The position numbers and the translations under genes are program-made. From sequence record SRR22947727_3604: a stretch of DNA of 56,685 nt; one strand, 5' to 3'. Shown here piece by piece: positions 51,050 to 56,685 of this stretch. The notes beneath the pieces are model-generated. The model was not told the DNA's origin and did not search any database. It saw nothing but the letters and a program-made list of their open reading frames with translations. Numbering within the stretch: position 1 is the first letter of the stretch; each line of letters begins with the position of its first letter.

Positions 51050-52132
51050 CTAATCCTCGTTTTCGTTTTTGATCTGATACTTAAACTCTTCAGAAAGAAG
51101 TAATTGTGCACCGTTTATAACTATCTCATCGTCAATTTTAATTTTATCATCTGGAACAATCCATCCATTTTCAGAACCATTTTCAGCTTCACGCATACCC
51201 TGAAGAGAGCGTCTCACAAAATTTCCATTTTCCTTTATTCTTATGAAAGCCCAAGGTTGTCCATTGCTCCATACAACAGAAGAGTTTGGAACAAGAAGGT
51301 ATTTTTTCTTATCATTAAATTTTGAAATATAGGCAGAAATCCGCTCACCTACAATCAATTTACTGTTATTCGTTAAGTAGAAAAAGTTTTTACCTACAAT
51401 TGACTGATTAACTATTGGGGAGGGGGATAGGTATTTTGCCTTTATCTCCGATGCGCTTGAGATAGATGGAATTATTACAATATTTTGAGGGGGTAATGCC
51501 TCGCGCTCGATTTGAGTTATAGATAAACTGACAAGTTGGTTTTGATTGCTTAGCAGCTTATTTAAGGGATCATTTGTATTTTTAAGGATAGCAACAAAAA
51601 CTTCACCCCATTGTTGCTGAACTAAACTCATTATATTAACTTTTTCATTTTCATAAATATTAACCTGATTATTTAAACCACTTATCTCAATTTGTTTTTT
51701 ATTTATAGCAAGATCAGAAACATTTTTATTATCTTCGTTAAGAATTATTAACGCTTTTAAATGTTTCTTCTCATTTTTAATCTGATTCTTTAACTTTTTA
51801 ATTGAATAATTTACTTTTGTAAAATTTGCTTTGGCCGAGATAAGTGTTGAAATGTTCTGAACTATCCCATAGTTCAATTTCTTTTGATTAGTTTTTGTTT
51901 CTTCCAGCTTCTTGTACTGGATGTTACTGTTTTTTTCAACTGCGCTTGGAAGTTGAATTTGTTTGATACCATCAACTATGGTCGTATAGTCAACAATTAT
52001 TTCTTCTTCAGATTCCCCTTCATCAGAATGGTTACCTAAAATATCTTTGTTGGCCAGTAAAATAATAACCCAGATTAAAACAATGATAATTATGATTTGT
52101 GCAACGATGAAAATTGTTGTTTTATTCTTCAT
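51050..52132 (-). CDS. divergent RND periplasmic adaptor
   Basis: N-terminal anchor, VPNSSVVW, GAQLLLSEE; lies between the TolC and permease genes. Confidence 0.75.
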   Translation of the reverse strand: MKNKTTIFIVAQIIIIIVLIWVIILLANKDILGNHSDEGESEEEIIVDYTTIVDGIKQIQLPSAVEKNSNIQYKKLEETKTNQKKLNYGIVQNISTLISAKANFTKVNYSIKKLKNQIKNEKKHLKALIILNEDNKNVSDLAINKKQIEISGLNNQVNIYENEKVNIMSLVQQQWGEVFVAILKNTNDPLNKLLSNQNQLVSLSITQIEREALPPQNIVIIPSISSASEIKAKYLSPSPIVNQSIVGKNFFYLTNNSKLIVGERISAYISKFNDKKKYLLVPNSSVVWSNGQPWAFIRIKENGNFVRRSLQGMREAENGSENGWIVPDDKIKIDDEIVINGAQLLLSEEFKYQIKNENED

Positions 52133-53544
52133 AAGCCATAATTAATTGAGGTTGGAAATAATTGATCCTGTAGGACACCCTCAGCAGCAACTCCTAACTC
52201 AATTGAAGCATGAGTAGCGCGATGAACTTCTAAGTCAATATCCAGTAAACTAAACATTTCCTTCTCAAGCTGCATTCGGTCAATCTGGCCTTGATGAAAT
52301 CTATCCTGAAGCTGTTTAACGAGTGAGTCTTTTGATGCAAAAGATTTTTTAACAGCCTCTTCATGTTCTTTGTTTTTTTGAATAGACAAAGTTAGCTCCT
52401 CCACTTGATTATTGATCTCGAGCTCAAAATTTATAACCTTACTTGCCTCAAGCTCGCGAAACAATGATGCGCGATCTATATAGGCCTTATTTCTTTCGGG
52501 TGTTTTAAGAAGTGTTCGAATGCCAAGCCCCCAAACATTATAACCAAAGTCATAAATATACGCAGGTGTAAATGTCATATCAGGATACTGTTTTGCAATT
52601 TCAAGTTTGAGATTTGCTTCGGCTATGGCATAGCGTGCAAGCTTTTGTCTTAAATCAATTCTATTAATTATTGCAGTTGAGTGCATTTTATCTTGGTCAG
52701 CATTTTCAAAAAATGTAGCTAGACTTGAGAGTATTTTATCCCTTGTTTTTTTAACATCGATAGCCAATAGGTTAAATTGTTCAAGGGAAAGGCCAACAAG
52801 GGTAGCTAAATTTTTTGTAATATTGAGTTGCAAATTTTGATGTTTAATTAATTCCTTTTGGATAGAATTAAACTTTATCTTTTCTCTCATATGATCAACA
52901 TTTGAGACTAGGCCATAATTAAGCCTCTTTTTAATCATATGAACGATGGATTGTTGCAGGCGAATTTTGTTCTTTAGAATTTGGATTAAATCTTGATTTT
53001 TAATATATTCCGTCAAACTTGAAATAAGACTGGCCCGCAAATTCCAGTGGATTAATTCTTTATCGAGAAGGGCTGACTGGGTTTCGTTAAATGCAAGCTC
53101 ATACCTTATTAATCTCTTATTCGCAGTCTCGTAGGTGAACGTATAGTCAAATTTAAAGAAATTTTCACTTGGGTCACCAACGTCTCCTCGTTCGTATTTT
53201 GCTCCAACTGATGACAATGGCCGCAAAGAGGCAATTTCTTCATTACTTTTTATATATTCCATCTCTAAGTCAGCAGTTTTTAGTTGGGGGTTAAAGTATT
53301 TTTGAGTAATCAAGAGCTCATCGATACCCCAGCTTTTAAAGGGTATATTTACTTCATCAAAGTTATTTTTTTTTAAAAACAGTATGAATCCAGGGTCGTT
53401 TAGATTTGTTTGCTTAGTTGCTTGATGAACTTCATTAATGTTGAGGGGTTTTTCCTCATACTCAATGAAGCTACATGCATTCAAAAAAAATACTAATATA
53501 ACGAGTGAAATCTGACTTAATTTTGATGTAATTTCAATTTTCAC
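52129..53544 (-). CDS. TolC-family outer-membrane lipoprotein
   Basis: LNAC lipobox, RIDL...LKLEIAKQYPD; GTG start. Confidence 0.8.
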   Translation of the reverse strand: MKIEITSKLSQISLVILVFFLNACSFIEYEEKPLNINEVHQATKQTNLNDPGFILFLKKNNFDEVNIPFKSWGIDELLITQKYFNPQLKTADLEMEYIKSNEEIASLRPLSSVGAKYERGDVGDPSENFFKFDYTFTYETANKRLIRYELAFNETQSALLDKELIHWNLRASLISSLTEYIKNQDLIQILKNKIRLQQSIVHMIKKRLNYGLVSNVDHMREKIKFNSIQKELIKHQNLQLNITKNLATLVGLSLEQFNLLAIDVKKTRDKILSSLATFFENADQDKMHSTAIINRIDLRQKLARYAIAEANLKLEIAKQYPDMTFTPAYIYDFGYNVWGLGIRTLLKTPERNKAYIDRASLFRELEASKVINFELEINNQVEELTLSIQKNKEHEEAVKKSFASKDSLVKQLQDRFHQGQIDRMQLEKEMFSLLDIDLEVHRATHASIELGVAAEGVLQDQLFPTSINYGL

Positions 53545-53704
53545 GTTGATTAATTTAAATTTTTATATTTATGATGTAAGCCATCAATTTTAATGTAATT
53601 TTCAGAGAACTTCCAAGATATAATTTAGATTGAATTTTTCAGTCCCTTTTGAGACTAAAGTTGATATAATACGCGCTTGTTATAATACATGTTTACTAAA
53701 TCAA

Positions 53705-53789
53705 GCGAGAGTGGCGGAATTGGTAGACGCACTGGTTTTAGGTACCAGCGCCGCAAGGCGTGAGAGTTCGAGTCTCTCCTTTCGCACCA
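53705..53789 (+). tRNA. tRNA-Leu(TAG)
   Basis: GCGAGAG...CTTTCGC-ACCA, anticodon arm CTGGT-TTTAGGT-ACCAG, variable arm. Confidence 0.96.
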
Positions 53790-53807
53790 ATTTTAGGAAT
53801 AAATTTA

Positions 53808-55121
53808 ATGGCCGAAGCTTTAGAAAAAATTAGCAATATAGAAAGAAGGGTTAGGGCAACAGTGCCCGTGGGTCCTCTTCAAGATCAAATAAATCAACGT
53901 TTCAAACAACTAACGAAAACTGCGCGAGTACAGGGTTTTAGACCTGGAAAAGTGCCTTTGAGTATTATTAAACGTCAGTTTGGACCTGATATTAAAACAG
54001 AAGTTTATTCAAAAGCCATTGAAGATAAATTTGGAACTGTTATTGAAGAGAATAAGGTTCAGGTTGCCGGTATGCCTGATATACAGCATGAGCCATTAGC
54101 TAACATCAATGATGATTTTGAGTTTACAGCTACGTTTGAAATCTTCCCCGAAGTGAAAGATATTGATGTAGGGAAGATTAAAGTGACAGATTATGAAACA
54201 GAAGTTAAGGACTCTGACGTAAAAAAAACACTAGAAACTATTGCTAATCAAAGGGCAACCTTTGCTACCGTTAAAAGATCGTCCAAGATGGGAGACAAAG
54301 TAAAAATTAAAATGGAATCATTCCTCGATGGTGAAAAGATTGAAGATACAGGCAATGAAAACATAGAGTTCGTTTTAGGAGACCCTAAAAGAGTAAAGGA
54401 GATTGACCAAGAAATTGTTGGGCTGAAAGTAAACGAAGAAAAAGACTTTGAGGTTAAGTACCCAAAAGATCATGAACCCTCTCAGTTGGCTAATAAATCT
54501 GTGAAGTACCATATAAAGATGTTAGAGGTAACTGAGCCTGTGTTACCAAAAATTGATGCTGCATTTGCCAAGAGTTTAGGTGTAGATTCAGGGGATATAA
54601 AACAGATGAATGCGGAAATTAAGGCTTCATTAGTCGATGAGGTCATTGTTCGAAAAAAAGCCTCTCTCAAGAGACAAATATTTGCTGAAATAGTTAAAAT
54701 TTCTAAATTAGAGCTTCCTAAGTCTCTTGTTACCATGGAAATTAATAGAATGATGCAGACCATGCAACAAAATATTGAAAGACAGGGGGGGAGTGCTAAG
54801 GATATTAACTTCCAGCCTGAAATGTTTGAAGCCAGAGCTAGGGAAACGTCTACGTTGAGGCTTGTATTAGCAAACCTAGTTGATAAAAATAAACTTCAGG
54901 CAAATGATGAACAAATCAAAGAAAAAGTGAAAAGTTTTGCTGGTAATTATGATGATCCTAAGAAAGCCATTAAATGGTTCTATGAGGATAAGCAAAGGTT
55001 AAGTGAGCCAGCTGCCCTTGCAACTGAGGATAATGTAGTTGAGTGGGTATCAACAAAGTGTAAAAAGACCAAAAAAAATATTACAGTTGATGAATTGATG
55101 GAGCTTCAACCAAATGGGTAA
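53808..55121 (+). CDS. tig: trigger factor
   Basis: GFRPGKVP. Start re-called at ATG 53808, since the ORF-track start lies inside the tRNA. Confidence 0.95.
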   Translation: MAEALEKISNIERRVRATVPVGPLQDQINQRFKQLTKTARVQGFRPGKVPLSIIKRQFGPDIKTEVYSKAIEDKFGTVIEENKVQVAGMPDIQHEPLANINDDFEFTATFEIFPEVKDIDVGKIKVTDYETEVKDSDVKKTLETIANQRATFATVKRSSKMGDKVKIKMESFLDGEKIEDTGNENIEFVLGDPKRVKEIDQEIVGLKVNEEKDFEVKYPKDHEPSQLANKSVKYHIKMLEVTEPVLPKIDAAFAKSLGVDSGDIKQMNAEIKASLVDEVIVRKKASLKRQIFAEIVKISKLELPKSLVTMEINRMMQTMQQNIERQGGSAKDINFQPEMFEARARETSTLRLVLANLVDKNKLQANDEQIKEKVKSFAGNYDDPKKAIKWFYEDKQRLSEPAALATEDNVVEWVSTKCKKTKKNITVDELMELQPNG

Positions 55122-55752
55122 GACTTTGGATTCGATTAGTAAATTTTCAGCAAATAACCTAGGCTATATTCCTATGGTTGTCGAACAAAGTGGTCGTGGC
55201 GAGAGGGCTTATGACATTTATTCAAGGCTTCTTAAAGAAAGGGTAATTTTTTTAGTTGGACCTATCGATGACATTATGGCCAATGTAGTTGTTGCACAGT
55301 TATTATTTTTAGAAGCAGAAAATCCAGACAAAGATATTTCCTTGTATATTAATTCACCTGGTGGTTCCGTTACAGCTGGAATGGCAATATACGACACAAT
55401 ACAATTCATCAAACCAGACGTTAGTACGTTATGTATCGGTCAGGCTGCAAGCATGGGGGCATTATTACTAACTTCAGGGGCAAAAGGGAAGAGATTTTGT
55501 TTGACTAACTCGAGGGTTATGATTCACCAGCCTCTTGGAGGTTTTCAAGGGCAAGCATCTGATATTGAGATTCACGCAAAAGAAATTTTATACCTCAAAT
55601 CTAAATTAAACGACATCCTGGCCCACCATACAAAACAGTCAGTTAAGAAAATTGCTGAAGATACAGATAGAGATAATTTCATGAGCTCTGAAGATGCCGT
55701 GACTTATGGCATTGTAGACAAAGTTATTAATAGTAGATCTAACTTAAAATAA
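55114..55752 (+). CDS. clpP: ATP-dependent Clp protease proteolytic subunit
   Basis: [27 protein letters not shown]. Confidence 0.98.
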   Translation: MGKTLDSISKFSANNLGYIPMVVEQSGRGERAYDIYSRLLKERVIFLVGPIDDIMANVVVAQLLFLEAENPDKDISLYINSPGGSVTAGMAIYDTIQFIKPDVSTLCIGQAASMGALLLTSGAKGKRFCLTNSRVMIHQPLGGFQGQASDIEIHAKEILYLKSKLNDILAHHTKQSVKKIAEDTDRDNFMSSEDAVTYGIVDKVINSRSNLK

Positions 55753-55761
55753 GATTTAGAT

Positions 55762-56685
55762 ATGGCTGAAGACTCTAAAGAAAAAACATTGTTATGTTCA
55801 TTCTGTGGAAAGAATCAATCAGAGGTTAAAAAATTAATTGCTGGGCCATCAGTCTTTATCTGCGATGAATGTGTCGATCTTTGCAATGATATTATTGTCG
55901 AGGAAAATGACATTAATACAGACAGCTCTGAACAAACAAAAAAAGAAAATAAACGCCTAACGCCAAAAGAAATTTTTTCAAAGCTGAGTGAGCATATAAT
56001 TGGTCAAGATGAAGCAAAAAAAAGCTTGGCTGTTGCGGTCTATAACCACTACAAGAGGTTAAGCTCGATTGAGGAAAATGATAAAGAAGACCCCGTTGTA
56101 ATTTCAAAAAGTAATGTGCTTTTCATAGGACCCACAGGTTCTGGTAAAACGCTTTTAGCACAAACGCTTGCAGAGCTTCTGGATATACCTTTTGTCATGG
56201 CTGATGCAACAACTCTAACTGAGGCTGGTTATGTTGGTGAAGACGTTGAAAATGTAATGCAAAAACTTCTGCAGAAATGTGATTATGATGTTGAAAGGGC
56301 GCAACGAGGGATAATTTATGTCGATGAGGTTGATAAAATATCAAGAAAAAGTGAAAACCCCTCAATCACTAGAGACGTTTCAGGTGAGGGGGTTCAACAA
56401 GCCTTACTTAAGCTTATAGAGGGGACAGTAGCTTCAATTCCTCCTCAGGGGGGCAGAAAGCACCCTAATCAAGAATTCGTTCAATTGGATACCACAAACA
56501 TTCTTTTCATATGTGGAGGTGCCTTTGATGGCCTTGAAAAAATAATTCAGCAGAGAACAGAAAAAAATAGTATTGGTTTTGGCGCGGATGTGCACGGGGA
56601 GGCGGAAAATAAAGAGATAGGAAAAATAATTGCCAATGTTGAACCAGAAGATCTCATTAAATATGGTTTAATTCCAGAATTTATT
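55762..56685 (+). CDS. clpX: ATP-dependent Clp protease ATP-binding subunit (runs off the window)
   Basis: Not in the ORF track. Translated by hand: [17 protein letters not shown]...LIAGP...[23 protein letters not shown]. Confidence 0.96.
   Translation, partial: MAEDSKEKTLLCSFCGKNQSEVKKLIAGPSVFICDECVDLCNDIIVEENDINTDSSEQTKKENKRLTPKEIFSKLSEHIIGQDEAKKSLAVAVYNHYKRLSSIEENDKEDPVVISKSNVLFIGPTGSGKTLLAQTLAELLDIPFVMADATTLTEAGYVGEDVENVMQKLLQKCDYDVERAQRGIIYVDEVDKISRKSENPSITRDVSGEGVQQALLKLIEGTVASIPPQGGRKHPNQEFVQLDTTNILFICGGAFDGLEKIIQQRTEKNSIGFGADVHGEAENKEIGKIIANVEPEDLIKYGLIPEFI

Noticed and set aside
47928-53789. Second island integrated at tRNA-Leu
   Set aside because: No integrase, no duplicated tRNA end seen, the RND genes lie 5' of the tRNA, and composition is host-like
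53630-53833. 67-aa ORF and the extended tig start at 53760
   Set aside because: Both overlap tRNA-Leu; tig has a better start at 53808

Overview
This is an AT-rich, tightly packed betaproteobacterial chromosome segment. The RuMP genes (tal, hxlA, hxlB), the ppsA-ppsR pair, the rhodopsins and the gene density suggest a streamlined marine Methylophilaceae (OM43-like) genome, although this is an inference. Core genes occupy both ends: rpsF-priB-rpsR-rplI-dnaB-alr-radA, hpnCD, mtnP and def on the left, and ppsA, tal, hxlAB, pabB, tRNA-Leu and tig-clpP-clpX on the right. An approximately 12.3 kb capsid-less, satellite-like integrative element sits in tRNA-Ser(TGA), bounded by a 16-bp att repeat and arm-type repeats. 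It encodes a P4-type integrase, AlpA and a primase-helicase, and carries a czcCBA-type cargo headed by a His-rich leader ORF ending in a RAPP ribosome-arrest motif. Next come a CsoR-regulated metal cluster and a light-response cluster: cryptochrome DASH, an FeS-type photolyase, crtEIBY-blh and two tandem opsins. One opsin is a blue-tuned DTE proteorhodopsin. The other is a full-length xanthorhodopsin-like opsin that has lost both the retinal-binding lysine and the proton-acceptor aspartate, which is the most striking observation in the window. Two further RND efflux systems are present.
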